From: Piromyces finnis finn
Lineage: Eukaryota; Fungi; Neocallimastigomycota
Assembly: GCA_002104945.1 (NCBI GenBank)
Contig: MCFH01000016.1
Location: 806,001-870,000 of the forward strand
Reading direction: 5' to 3'
Length of the DNA stretch: 64,000 nucleotides
In this document: positions 14,309 to 28,843 of the stretch, in pieces
How the letters are laid out: each line of letters begins with the position of its first letter
Numbering within the stretch: position 1 is the stretch's first letter
The notes under the pieces: model-generated
The model's database searches: none
What the model saw: the letters and a program-made list of their open reading frames with translations, nothing else
Told to the model about the DNA's origin: nothing
Program-made: the position numbers and the translations under genes

Positions 14309-17300
14309 ATGGAATTTATTCAATCAAATTTCTTAAATAAACCCATTAGCTTATATGATGAATCCTTACAGCAGAACATTAAGAGTGTAAACAATACAAA
14401 TGAAAATAATAATGAAAATACTACAAAATTAAATACTATAACAACTTCTCCATTGCTAAATTTAATATCTCATTCAAAAAAGGAATTTAATAATAATAAA
14501 GAACATTACAAATTATCACCATCTGCTTCCATATCTTCAATTGTTGATTATAATGCTTCATTGTCATCATCATCAATGTCAACCGTGGTTGAAAATGAAA
14601 ATATTCAATCAAAACATATTCTTTCATCCATAAAAACACCCATTTTATCAAATGAAAATTTAAATGAACTCATTTCATTTTCACCAAATAAATGCAAATA
14701 TCCATATACACCTTCATCTTCTTTATTATTTGCCTCATCTAAAGAATTTGTTAATCAAAACACAAATGAAAATACAAAGAATAATGCTAATGAATATTTA
14801 AATGTCAAAGAAGTAGTATCATCTTTAAATGAGAATAAAACTCAATCAGTAAAACCCACAGATGATCTTTTAAAAAATATATATAATATGGAGATTTATG
14901 GTCCATTTTCAACAAAATTAAATGACTATTCGAATATAAGTAATCAAGAAACTAAAGATACCTTAGAAGCAAATAATAGTAAATTGAGCTTACGATTTTT
15001 TTTTCAATTTTTTAAATAATTATATTTTAAAGCATTATTATATTAATTTATTAGAAGATTACAATTGTATTAATTGAAAACATATTTTTAAAATATATAT
15101 TGATGTTTTAATTATTATTACATTAATAAAAGTTGAAACTTCGATACTTAGGCCAATTGATACCTATATAGATTATTCAAGTATTAAGTCATTTATTAAT
15201 GATGACAATCCTAATAATAAATCTGGAACTCAGAAAGATCAAATAATTCCGTGCATAGAAGAAGTTCATAAAAATAAAAATGATGAAATACAATTGTCGA
15301 TTGAAAAAAAATTATATAAAGAAGAACAAAAAAATAAAAATGAATTGCATGTAGTCTCAGAATTAAAAAATATAGGTATTTCTATCATGGACATTGATTA
15401 TGAAAATAATAATAAAGATACTAAAGAAAATAAAAATTCACAAGAAACTGGGTCTTTAAATGAACCAATAATTAAAGCAAAGAAAAAAGATAAAATTGAT
15501 ATTATTCTTGGGAAGAAAATAAAGAAACTAATAAAGAAAAAAGATGTAATGAAATATTGATTTTATTTTATTATTAATTAATATCATTAATTATATATTA
15601 TGAATATAAAAATAAAAAAAAAAAAAAAAAACCTAAATTAAAAAAATTTATTATATATATGTCGATCTATTATATATTTGTTTATTCATTAATAATAATT
15701 TAATCTATATATATATATATGTATATTATTAATTAATAGGAGGAAGAAATTAAAAAGAAAATCAAAAGTAAAAAAAGTGAAATTACAATACTATCAGATA
15801 AAAAAAACCTAGTTGAAATGGATATGAACATTAATCCAATATTAGATGCCAATGGTAATAAAAAAATTGAAAAAGAATCCAGTGATGAACATACAGTTGA
15901 AAAAATAAAAGATAATACCCATATACAATATAATAGTAATAATAATAGTACCAGTAACAATAATAATATTAATAGTAATAATAATAATTATTATAATAAT
16001 AATAGTAATGATAATAATGATAATAATGATAATAATGATAAAAATAATGATAAAAATATCAATATTAATAATATTAATAATGATATTAACAATGATGATA
16101 TTAATAAACAATTGGATTCAAATTTATTACAATTACACCAATGTACAAGTCAATCTAAAAAAACACCACTTAAACCTTCAACTTATGTTACAGTTAATAA
16201 CAAATCAGAAAATTATGTTTTTAAAAAGAATCCTCATTATAAATCAAAAGAAGATTTAAAACTACATTTTAATTATCCACAGAATATGAATATGTATGGT
16301 CAAACCTTTAATTATTCATCCTCTCCATCTATAGGATCAAATACAAGTAAATATTGTATATAATTATATATATACACATTAAAAATCGTATATTTTCCCT
16401 ATTTTATTAATATCCATACAAAAAATTAAATTTATATTACTAATTATTAGATGTATCACAGTATAATAATCAAATTCCGTATAATATGCCAATGGAATAT
16501 AATATATCAACTCCAATTGAAAATGCAACAATAACCACAAATTTAAATTCATCATTGTCAATAGATTTATCTCAAAATATCTATACACAAATTAACAGAA
16601 ACTCTTTATTTCAACCTGTCACATATAATCTTCCACATCAACATGAAATAAATTCAGAAGGTAATGATGAAGACACAGAAAAAAAGGAAGAATTAATAAA
16701 AGAATATGAAGATTTCAAAGAAGTAACAAACACTCAAAAAGATGAAAAATTGTTAGGTAATAAAAAAACTCTTCATAAAAAAATTAAATTAAGAGTTCAA
16801 AAGAAAGAAAAATTAGAAAAATTAAAACAAGAATTGAAAAAAGACTCATCCTCTATTATTGCTTCTTGTGATCTTTCAGATAATTCAAAAATGACACCAA
16901 AAACAGAAAAGAAAAATATTAAATTTAACATTAAAAAACGATTAAAACTTAGAATTAATCATCAGAATACAGATGATGATATGAACAGAATGGAAAATGA
17001 ATCAACATCACGTTTTTCAGAAATATTAACAGAAAAATGTACTACAAATGTTGCAGTAGATGCTAATACAGAAGCTGTGAATATTACACCTATAATGAAT
17101 CCAATATCTACGACATACATGACGCCTGCTGCTGCTACCCAACCTTTCGTTCTAAACTCAGGTATTTCTTTTGACAGTAACTATCATAAATTATAAGAAC
17201 TTTTATTGATTGACAATTTTTTATTTTTTTCATAATACAATTATTCTAATTTTAAAATAAGGAAATCTTCAAAATAATTTATTACCAGAATGTGTATTAA

Positions 17301-18985
17301 ATAATAATAATACAAATTTAAAAAATGATATATTATATTACCAAAAACAGGATTCTTCTTTATCATTGGAAAAACCATCACAGTCATCAGATTCATATAA
17401 CTTTTCAATTCTTCAAATACAAAGTCCACAACAACAACAACAACAACAACAACATTCAACACAACATCCATCAATGCAACAGCAACAAACAAAATCCCAA
17501 ATTAATCAACCTCAATCTCAATTAAATTCTAAATTACAAGCAACATATTCATTTAATTCTCAAATTCAAAATGGAATGGAAATTTCGAGGCAATATCAAC
17601 AACAACAGCAACAACAGTTAGGACTACAGTTATCAGCACAATATCAACAACCATTATCTACACAGAATAATGTTCAATGTCAACTTCCAATAACAACATT
17701 AACTCAAATTCCAATTCAAACAGTAATGAAAACAGACAATTCACCTCAAATTCAAATTCCCCTTCCTCCGCAATTAACACAAATACCAATTATAAAAAAT
17801 GATAATACAACCACTAATGATAATCCTTTATCTATTCCAAATGAAATAAAAAATGAAGATATAAATATTTTAACTGTATCAATTCAACAATCAAATAAAA
17901 ATCAAATCAAACCCAATAATGCAATCATTAAAGACATTAATAAATCTCATTTATCCCCTATAAATCAATTATCTCAAACAACTGTATTAGATTCCTCTAT
18001 TAAAACAGAAAATTCTATTCAAAATTCCAATAAAATCGAATTAAATGGTAGAAATAATGATTTTTTTAAATATTTTTTTATATAAAGATATAATAATAAT
18101 AATAATAATAATAATTTTATTTAATATATATTTATAAAAGAATCTTCTACGTCATCTTTGCTAAATCTAGATTTAACAAATATTAATATTCCAAAAGTGA
18201 CTGATATTTCTGGTTTGGAAATACCTATTGAAATACAAAATTTGGATGAAACAGCCGACCAAATCTTCTCTTCATTATATAATTCTAGCAATTCATCTTC
18301 TACTGTGACAGCGGCAACTACTTCAAATAATACTTCTGTAGAATTACCTAATTTAAATGTTATTCATCCGATGCCAGATAATGCTATGGATAGTAATAAT
18401 AATAATAGTAATAATATTATGATTAATGCAGATCAAAGTATTAATTCAACAACATCAATGATAAATTTGAATTCACAAACAACTTCAACCATTCCTCCAG
18501 TCCCCATAAATATGATTAGTTCAACCATCCCGCTAGTCCCTTCAAATATAATTAATTCGGCAACAACAACCATAAATCATAATTTTTTAAATGCTACTGG
18601 ATCAACATCTAATATTCTTGGGCCTGTTATATCTGAAGGTTTAATGAACTATACTATGTATCAATATAATACTAGTTATTCCTCTCCAACTGCAACAGTT
18701 TCAGCAACAAATTCAATGAATAACTTAATAACTGTCAATCCCAATACAACAACAACATCAACAAACTTAATATATAATAATAATAATAATAATAATATAA
18801 ATCAAATGCCTAATTATTCTGTGTATCCTGTAGACTATCAAAATTTTAATGTCGCATCAGTAGTACCAGATTATGTTAATTTTAAATCAATACCACATGT
18901 TAAATTCGAAAAAATTCAAAAACCGAAAAAAGTTTATTACAAAAGGCCAAAAATATATAATACGAAAAAAAGAGGAAGACAATAA
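14309..18985 (+). CDS. Multi-exon low-complexity (N/Q/S/T-rich) hypothetical protein with a basic C-terminus; possibly nuclear
   Basis: Chain of collinear + strand ORFs (14309-15019, 15294-15560, 15818-16363, 16486-17196, 17366-18085, 18158-18985) separated by short AT-rich intron-like gaps. Contains polyQ/polyN tracts and ends KPKKVYYKRPKIYNTKKRGRQ*. It could be more than one gene. Confidence 0.5.
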
Positions 18986-19064
18986 GTTAAATTATTAATT
19001 AAATAGTTGAAGTATATAAATGGTAGAAAATAAAACAAATAATTATAATATTTATATTTAAATC

Positions 19065-19103
<39 letters not shown>

Positions 19104-19530
19104 AAGAAAATAAAATAGCTTAATAATATTTGTATGTTTAACATAATTATAACGATGTGTTTATTAATATCAAAAATATATCAAAAATATATATATAAAT
19201 TTACCTAATCCTAATTTTAATTACATTTTTTATAGATTATAGATTATACATCAATAATATTAATAACTACAATTTAGAATGTTTAATTATATTTAAAATT
19301 CTATTAACTTATTTTAATGACTTCTCTAATATAAAAACGAGAAAAAAAAATAATAAAAAATAAAATAACAAGATATATTTCTTTTATATTTTTTTTCTTT
19401 TCTTTTATTAACATTATATTATATACTATTATATATATACTATATTACATTTCAAAATTATATATAATCTAATATACAAAAAAAAATAAAAATAAAAATA
19501 AAAATAAAAATAAAAGCGGATATTATATAA

Positions 19531-20661
19531 TTATAGTGGTGGTGTCTTAAATGACCATGCAACACCCCATCTTACAGTTTTTCCTTGTTTAAAATTAGTA
19601 GTTTTAATTTCTTTTATATGTTTTATCCCTTTTAAATAAGCAACTATTGGGTCAATACTCTTTTTTTTACCAATAAGAGAAGTATACCATTGAAGAAGTA
19701 AACCTTTTTTATGCAATTTTTTATTATAAATTTTTTTTTGTAAATGTTTAGAATCATTTGTACTTTTCATTAATTTACAAATCTTTTTAATGGCTTTCCT
19801 TCTTTGTTTATATAAATAAACACTATCATCAATTATTTTAATTATAAATTGAACTTCACCACCTTCTGTTAACATTTCATTGTTAGAACCTGTACAAACG
19901 GAATGCGGTGCTTCGACTTTTAATTCTCTACTTTGCTTCATTTCTTCTTCAGAAGAATAAAATGGTGGATTGCACATACAGAAAGTATAATCAGGTTGAA
20001 TTATGGCTTGGCGAAGTAAATTATTATATAACGTCTGATTATTTATTGAATCATTGTTTGTTAAAAATAAAGATTCTATCCATTCACTGCCACAATTTAT
20101 TTTCTTTTTTTTTTTGAGTAGCAAAGAAAACACATTTTTTTGTTCATTTTTTACTCTTCTTACTTTTATTTGATTTATCATATTATTTCTACTTACATTA
20201 TCTTTTGCATATTCATAACTACGTTCATTAAGTTCTAATGCTTCGAAATTCCATTCTGGGTGTAATTTACATGCTAGTAAGGGGTATATACATGACGCTC
20301 CTGTACCAATATCAATTCCAGTAACAGATAAATTAGCATTTATATTATTATGGTTATTATTATCATTACTATTTGCATCTTTATTGTCATTTGAAAAAAT
20401 TAAATCTTCAATCCAATGTATATAATCTAATCGACCGGGTATAACAGGGCATAGGGTATCTAATGGAATTTCTAAACGAATTTTAAAATCACACCATAAA
20501 AGAGCATAAGTTAATTCTCTACAAGCTCTTGGATCCTTAAAATTGATGGATCCTTGTTTTGAGTATCTATTGAATTTAATATATTTTTTTAAAGAGGAAT
20601 AAGATTCAGCTAATTTAATAAAATCAGGTTCATTATTATAATATATATTATGTTGATGCAT
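19531..20661 (-). CDS. METTL16: METTL16/RlmF-family RNA m6A methyltransferase (methyltransferase domain only)
   Basis: MHQHN N-terminus, NFKDP, LCPVIPGRLDYIHWIEDL, SAM-binding GIDIGTGASCIYPLL, catalytic CMCNPPFY, TEGGEVQFI, WYTSLIGKK and FKQGKTVRWGVAWSF all match METTL16 motifs. Confidence 0.92.
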   Translation of the reverse strand: MHQHNIYYNNEPDFIKLAESYSSLKKYIKFNRYSKQGSINFKDPRACRELTYALLWCDFKIRLEIPLDTLCPVIPGRLDYIHWIEDLIFSNDNKDANSNDNNNHNNINANLSVTGIDIGTGASCIYPLLACKLHPEWNFEALELNERSYEYAKDNVSRNNMINQIKVRRVKNEQKNVFSLLLKKKKKINCGSEWIESLFLTNNDSINNQTLYNNLLRQAIIQPDYTFCMCNPPFYSSEEEMKQSRELKVEAPHSVCTGSNNEMLTEGGEVQFIIKIIDDSVYLYKQRRKAIKKICKLMKSTNDSKHLQKKIYNKKLHKKGLLLQWYTSLIGKKKSIDPIVAYLKGIKHIKEIKTTNFKQGKTVRWGVAWSFKTPPL

Positions 20662-21187
20662 AATAGAAGCTAAATGAAAGAGAATGCAATACTATTTTAT
20701 TTTTGATAAATAAACATATAAATAAAAAATATATATATATATAAATGTATATAAGTAATAAAGAATTAAAAGGATCCAAAACAAATTATAATTTGAAATT
20801 CATTATTATTATAATATTATACATTTATTACAAATTTGTACTACCTTTAAATATTTATATATAAAAAAAGAAAACTTGATTTGATTTTAATGATTTGAAT
20901 ACAAGATTATATTATTTAGTTTTATTGGATTTATTAGATTTTTAACAATAAATTTATTATTTTATTTTAATATTTACAATGGGCTTTTATTGTTAAAATA
21001 AGAATATGGTAAAAAAAAGTTATATCAACAGATATACAGATATAATATACTTTTAAAATAAAAAATGTTTAAAATTAAAAAGATAGTTGTTTTTTTTTTT
21101 TTTTTTTTTTTTTTAAGCGATAATAATTTTAGTTATAATATTGTACCATATAACAAAAAAATAAGTATAATTTTTTTTTATTATTAT

Positions 21188-21220
<33 letters not shown>

Positions 21221-21236
21221 TATAGAATATAAAAGA

Positions 21237-24200
21237 TTAAATTAATTTATTAGGTTTTGTATTTTCAGTTTTTTTTATAACTTCTAATGAAGTAGGTAAT
21301 GATTTTCTATTTGGTTTTATTCCAATATTAGTTTTACATTTTTTCGATAAGAACGATGTTGAAATAGATGATTTTCTTTTACGGCGGTTATTGGAAGAAA
21401 TTGCACTTGACGGTGATACAATTGTTGAATTATTTGCAATTGGTATATTAGAAGGAGAAAGAGTTGCTGTTTTAAATGTAGTTGTTTTCTTAACATTATT
21501 GCCTGAAGATGGTGATACCAATAATTTTGGACTTTTCAATATACTGTTAATGAATAATTATATAATTATTATTTTTGAAAAAATAAAATAAAATTAAAGC
21601 AATTAATTAAATATAAATAAAATAATTATTTTTTATATTTAGTAGAAGTTGTGTATATTAATTTTACCTTTTTTCTCCTTTCTCTGGTTTTAGTTTTTTT
21701 TTATCAACATTAATTATCCTTCTCTTAGGTCTATAAGTAATTTGATTATTAATATGAAACATAGCTTCATTAAATACTCTATTTTCAATTTCATTCTCTA
21801 AAATATCAAAGTAGATTTGACCTTCATAACAAAAATCATTAAATTCTTTATATTTGTTTATATTAATAAATGAATTTTTATAGTTTTTATTAGAGGAATA
21901 ATGGTTAGATACTTATAATAATACATTTATAAACATCTACAAGTGTATAATTACCTTCATTCATTAAATAATCTTTTAATTTTTCCTCTAAACGAACAAG
22001 AGTTGGAAATGAATTTTTTCTAAATTTTTCTTCTTCTATTAACCTAAATGAACTACCCTTTAATCTCATTGGGTCTGATGCAGTTTCTTCAAATTTTATC
22101 ATTTTCTTTTATAAAGTATTTATAAATTTTAATGAATAATAAAGGAAAATAAAATAAAGGAAAATGGTGCTATTTAAATATATATAATTATTAATATATT
22201 CGTATTATTACCTCTATTAAAGTATAACGTTCATCAATTAATTGATATATTACTTTATATTTTTCATAATGATTTGATAATCTCTCGATTTCGTTATTGA
22301 TAAATTCTAATGAACTTGGAAGATATAAATCTTTTATATAATTTAAGTCAGCATAAATAAATAAATAGCTTATTTAAATTGATATATATGAATATATAAC
22401 ATACTTGTCAAATTGCTATTTATTTCATCAATTTCTTCCTTACTAAGACAACATTTATTCATTAATTGTTTTAATTTATTATAAGCCTTAAAATAGTAAA
22501 AATTAATTATTTATACTCTCTTTTTCATATATATATTATTAATGTTATTATAGTTTCTTTTTTTTTTTTTTTTTAGAAAATCCTTACATTATCAACTTTT
22601 TCTTTTTGAGTATCTTGCCATATTTTTGAAAGATTTTTTAGTTCCTCTTCATACTTAATAAAATATAAATAATATTATTAATAATATGATAATATGAATT
22701 AAAACTATCTCTATTACCATTTATATCGAAAATTAGAAATAATATAAAAGTAAAAGAAAGGAAAAAAAAATACAATACTTACAATTGGAATGTTTTCTAA
22801 TTTATCTACTTCTAGTTTTAATCGTTTTGACTTTTCAATTTTTAAATCATCATATAAAATTCCAATATTTTTTAAAATAATTTCAATTTGTTTTATGTAA
22901 TAATTCAATTTATCTTCCATTAAATCTTTAACATCATTTAAATATTGAATAAATTCAGTTGTTAATTTTATTTGTTTAGGTAATTTTCCTTTAAAGTAAT
23001 TTAGATGATTAACGACAGCTGTTGAAATTGATTTAGGTATATTAAGAGTTTTGGTATCATCATTATTGTTGTCGTCATCATTAATAACTTGAATAGCATC
23101 GCCATTGTAATTTGATTCTTTCAGAGTATAAATAATGTCGGGTTTTGTATTTATTGTTTCGGCAGTCGATATTTTCTCTATTTTGATATTGGTTTCATTA
23201 AAATAATTCTCTATGATATCATCAATTATACTTTTTAAAGATATATTTTTGGATTGAGATGAATATATAATACTTTGATTTAATTTAAGTTCATTTATTT
23301 TATTTAAAAATAATTTAATAGCTAAAGATATATCTTCATTTGACAAGGCGCCATCTATATGCCTAAATTTCAATGAATCTATATTTTCCTGGAAAAAAGT
23401 TGAATATTTTAATTTCTCTTTTAATAAATAATAATCCCGAGTTTTGAAAATAAAATTATTAATATTTTTTGTCTAACAATAAAAGTGGCAATAAAAAAAA
23501 AAAAGATAGTTAATATTTATATATTATATAATTTAAATTTAATAAATAATTACATTACCTGTTGAATTTTCAATTGAGTAATATTGGTTTTAAGGGAATT
23601 AATATATTCGATAGATAAATCGCTAAATTTAATCTATATCATTTATAAGTAAAATAATAATTAAGATATAATTGTTAATAAGCATATGCATTTAAATAGA
23701 TATAGATATCATATGATTTTCTATTATATTACATCTTCATCAATGTTGGCTAGTTCACCTAATTCTAAATAAATTGAATTTATATTTTTTTTCAATTCTT
23801 TTATAATTGATTTTCTTTCAGATACCATCTATTATTTAATAAATAATATGTTTTTAATTATTGTTATTATTATTGTTATTATTATTGTTGTTGTTTTTTA
23901 AGTAATAAAAATAAGTGTTTATTATTAAATAAAATAAACTTACATGATTTAATTTTAATTCTAAATCTTGCAATTTCTTTTTTTTATCAATAAGTGATTC
24001 TAAATTTGTTATCTCTTCTAAATTTTTATAATTTTCCTTATCAAGTGATAGTATTTCACAAAGATATTTTACTGAAGACTTTTTTTTTTTTTTTTTTGAT
24101 AATTTGATTAAAATAATAATTTATTAATAATATAAATAATATCATTTAAAATATAATATATATTTTAAAAAAAAAAATGGATAAAGTACTATAATTCCTT

Positions 24201-24563
24201 GTATTTGCTTTATTATTTTATCTTTAAATTGATTTTCATTTTTGATAATTTCTACAAGTTGTTCACTTATACTCTATATTTTAGTAAATTTTTCATTTGG
24301 AATAGATGAATAAAAAAAAAAAAAGGTATAATTGAATAATTATAAACTTTATTATTATATTTAATATATATATTAAATAATTAATTAATTACTTTTAACT
24401 TTTTTATAGCTTCAGGTCCTGATAATATTTCCTCCTCTGTTTCCTCCTCTGAATTTTCTTCTACCGAAGTTAAACTTGATTTTTTAGTATCATAATGCTT
24501 TAATTGTTTCCATAATAATTTAATTTCATCAAGCTGTTCATATATTTTATTCATTTTTTCATG
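21237..24563 (-). CDS. ASE1: Ase1/PRC1/MAP65-family spindle midzone microtubule cross-linker; many exons
   Basis: The exon at about 21940-22102 encodes FEETASDPMRLKGSSFRLIEEEKFRKNSFPTLVRLEEKL, the MAP65/Ase1 microtubule-binding signature. Upstream exons are coiled-coil-like; the last exon is a basic S/T/P-rich tail. The start at 24563 is approximate. Confidence 0.75.
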
Positions 24564-25203
24564 GTTACTTTTTGTTTTTCCTTGTTTCTTTTATAATTTT
24601 TTAATATTTACTTGAATAGTTTCTTTAAATATGAATAATAAATGTTAAAATGGATAATTTTTATTTAATTTTAATAATATAAATCTATTCTTATGAATAA
24701 AGACATAAAAAAAATATTAAAAAGTGTATTAACTTTGTAAAATTTTAAATAATGAAATTGTGGTACAATGAAACAAATTTTTTGAAAATATTAATAGATA
24801 TACTTTTTAATTTTTTTGTAAGAATTAATTTAAATATTTAAGGAATAATTAATTAAAATTTATATAAAAAAATAAAGTTACCATAAAAAAAAAAATAAAG
24901 AAAAAAAAAAAAAGAAAAGAAAAAAAGGGAAAGGAAAGGGAAGAAACAAAAGAAAAAGAAAAAAGAAAATAAATATTTGTAATTAACAATTAATTATTGT
25001 GTTTTTTTTTTTCATTAAAGGTACAATATCAATTCTTTCATGTATTAATTATTATAAAATTTGAATGACATTTCATTTTAATTCAAAAAATAGTAAAAGA
25101 ATTTTTCAGATTTCAATACATTCTAAAATTTATCTATAAAAATAATTTAATGATATAATCTTGGAATAATTATTAATTATTATTTAATATTAGTTTAGTC
25201 AAA

Positions 25204-25237
<34 letters not shown>

Positions 25238-25419
25238 AAGAAACAAAATTTTAAAAATATTAAAACATTTATTTTTATTAAATTTGTTTTAGTAGTGGGT
25301 CTATTACTTGAAGATTTATGAAGATTTCGTTATTTGAATAACTTATCAATTAAAAAAAAAAAATAAAATAAAATAAAAAGTATATAATAAAAATAAAGTA
25401 TAATAAAAACAAAAATAAT

Positions 25420-27076
25420 ATGGATGAAGAAGAAAAAGCAAGAAGAGTTCAAGAACTTTATCGTGAAGCATTAGACCTTGCAGAACAAGGTAAATTTTAA
25501 TATTTTTATTCTACAACAAAAAAGAAAAGCGCGGATTTTGATTAAAATTTAAAAATATTATATAGATAATAAATTTCATTAAAAATAATAAATATTTATA
25601 TATTTTATTCAAATACATTTATGATTATAGTATTTAAATTTTTTTTTTTTTTTTTTTTTTTATTTTTTTTTTCCAATATGAGTATTGAAATATCTTACAT
25701 TTATTTTCGTTTTTTTTTTTGAATTAAATATTAGCTGTCTTAGCAGATAAACAGAAACAATATGATGTAGCTATTTGTTTATACAATGAGGCTGCAAAAG
25801 TAACATTAACATTATTTTTTTAATTTCTCTATAATATACTAATATATAAAAATAAATATATCGTTATAAAAAAAATAACAATAATTTTAATAATTATTAA
25901 AAAAAATATATATAGGTATTTAACCAAATTATCGATGAAGATTGTAATAAAATAAATAATTTATAAATTTGAAAATATACATATATATATAAAATTAATT
26001 TTTAATTCTAATTATCTATGCTTTTAATTAATATATTAATTCCGATACTCGTCACTTTTTATATATAATTCTCTAATGAAAAAATTTTATATAAATTACA
26101 ATAATCAAATTTTTAATAAAATATAAAAATAATAATAATGATTTCATTACAATTAAATGTTTAATATTTTTGTTCAATATATAATATATAATATATATTT
26201 CTATTTTAAATGGTATTCAACTTCAAAATCATTTTATTGTTATTTCAATAACTTTTTTCACTCTATTTGTAGTAGAAACTACGGATAAAATTATTCAAAT
26301 TCAACAGAAAGCCAATGAATATGTGACTAGAGCCTCCTTTTTAACCTCAAAAAATATGAATTACAATGAAAATAATTATATCAACCCTACAAATATTGAA
26401 GAACTTCCTTCATTGTATCATATTGTTGGATCTTTTGTTGAAAATAATAATAGAGGTAATAATAATTCTTCATTAGATGCAGGTTCCTCGAGATATAACA
26501 ATATTGGTTCTTCTAGCAATTACAATTATTCTGCTTATTATAATGATTATAGTATGATTAATAACTTTATATATATTTATATTATATATATATAAAGAAA
26601 AAATTATAGAATTTGAAAATTTAATACTTTATATAATAATACTTTACCGTATATATTCTTATTTATTTTAAAGGCATAAATAACAACAATAATGATAATA
26701 ATGATAATAATAATAATAATATCACTGAAAATATTTCCAGTTATAATAGCCAACCTTCATTAGTAACTAATATTAACACAGCAATAAATGAAAGCCCATC
26801 AAATACAATAAATAAAATTTCACCTAATATATCTACACCTTCTTCAACCACCTCTACCATTAATTCAAATACATTTAATGTCAATGTTAACCAAACTACA
26901 AACTCAAATACTCCTTCAATAAAATCCACAACTCCAACTTTTGTTACTTCTGCTACTATATCATCTACAAATAATCAAAGTTTATGTGCCAGCGAAGAAT
27001 TCAGTGATATGAAATATGTCATAGAAGTAAGTTTAGTATATTTATTTATTTCTATTACCAAATTTTTAAATATAGT

Positions 27077-27108
<32 letters not shown>

Positions 27109-28037
27109 TTATTATTATTATATTTAAAATAAATAATTTACAATTACATAAAAATAAATTTAAAATATATTTTTTTTCTAATATTTTTATAATAATTAAT
27201 ATATATATATATTTCTTTTTCTTTTCTTTTTTTTTTTTTTTTTTTTTTAATAATTATGAAGGAAATGGGTACTTGGAATTCAGAAAATGCCGGTGGTAGT
27301 ATATCAAATTATACTTTTTATAAAAATCCTCAATTTAAGTTGAATATATATCCTACCTTGGGAGAAAATGGTTTCCTTAAAGCTATAGCCAAAACAAAAA
27401 ATAATTTACCTGTAAATATAAGATTAGTTGGTGGAGGCAACAGAGTATCAACGTATGTTTATAATTAACTATACTATATATACTATATATATATTATATT
27501 TGAAATCATAATAATAAAACAATATTCATCTTGAATTAAAATATTATACAATGATTTTAAATAAATAATTAATTTTTTATTTTTTTTTCTGTATATAATA
27601 AAAAAAATACTTTTTTGATTTTATAACAATTTATGGAACAGGGTATCAAAATCAGATATTACTTCTGGTGCTTATCGTCATGGACATTGTAGTTTTGAAA
27701 TTCTCAGTATTGAACGTAAGAAGCTATTTATCTTTTCATTAACATTACTTAAAATATATATATATATTATATATCCATTCATTTTCAATACTTAAAATAT
27801 TGATTGATTGATTGATTGATATGTTAATATTATAAATGTTTACATAGCTGGTGATTACACTATCATTATATCTACTTTTCATAAAAATGAAGAAGGCGAA
27901 TTTTCATTAACTATAGGTTGTTCTATACCATTTTCATTAACGGCTATTCCACCAGAAGGAGATGTACGTTGTTGATAAATAAATTATTAATTCAATTAAA
28001 TGATTATAAATAACCAATACATATCCTTTTGTATATT

Positions 28038-28132
<95 letters not shown>

Positions 28133-28355
28133 TAGGGAATGCTTGAAACTGTTATTGATGGACAATGGTATATATTTACTTCTTGATTTTCTTAAGAAAA
28201 AATAAAGATTTTTAAAATAAATTATTCATTGTATATTATTAAAAAAACAGGATACAAGGTGTTACTGCAATGGGATGTGTTCACTATAACAATTACTTTA
28301 AAAATCCAACCTACAAAATAACTGTCAATGAACCAACTTATATATTGTAAATAAT

Positions 28356-28389
<34 letters not shown>

Positions 28390-28843
28390 AAAATAATATT
28401 ATTATATTGATTATTATTAATACTTTATATATGTGTATACCTTTACAATAAAATAGAATAAGACTTCAAATACAAACCATGAAACCTCCAGGAATGCATG
28501 TTGCTATATTTAAATTAAAAGAGGATGATACTCCAGATGCAGAAATTGCCTCTTCTGGAGCTTATAGTAATTTAATTCAAGGTGTACTTACCAATAAAAT
28601 TTTATTAATGCCCGAATCAGGTAAGCCATAATAAATAATAATAAAGAATTTAATTTATATTCACACCATCAGGATGACACATACCAATAATATATATATA
28701 TATAAATCTTTTTATTTTCCCAATTTTCGCTTAAAAAAGAATATATAATAATATTTAGTACTTGGGAACCTTCACCAGGACCATTTACTGCCTTTATCTA
28801 CACCTCTAATATGATAGAAATTCAAGAAATTTGTCATAACTAA
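25420..28843 (+). CDS. MIT domain plus two calpain domain-III (CBSW/C2L) repeats; calpain-7/PalB-like but with no CysPc protease domain
   Basis: Spliced N-terminus ELYREALDLAEQ/AVLADKQKQYDVAICLYNEAAK/VFNQIIDED/..KIIQIQQKANEYVTRASFL is MIT-like. After an N/S/T-rich linker come GTWNSENAGGS..TFYKNPQFKL...SGAYRHG...GDYTIIISTFHKNEEGEFSL and a second repeat GQW/IQGVTAMGC..NYFKNPTYKI...SSGAYSN...EYIIIFSTWEPSPGPF, ending at TAA 28841-28843. Confidence 0.75.
28037..28132. repeat. Intronic (TTTA)n microsatellite, about 24 units
   Basis: Direct reading; it lies immediately upstream of the AG acceptor at about 28134. Confidence 0.95.

Noticed and set aside
28671-28680. AGGATGACAC matching the U6 snRNA 3' region, in a calpain-like intron
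   Set aside because: The rest of U6 (ACAGAGAAGATTAGC and the internal stem-loop) is absent; a chance 10-mer.
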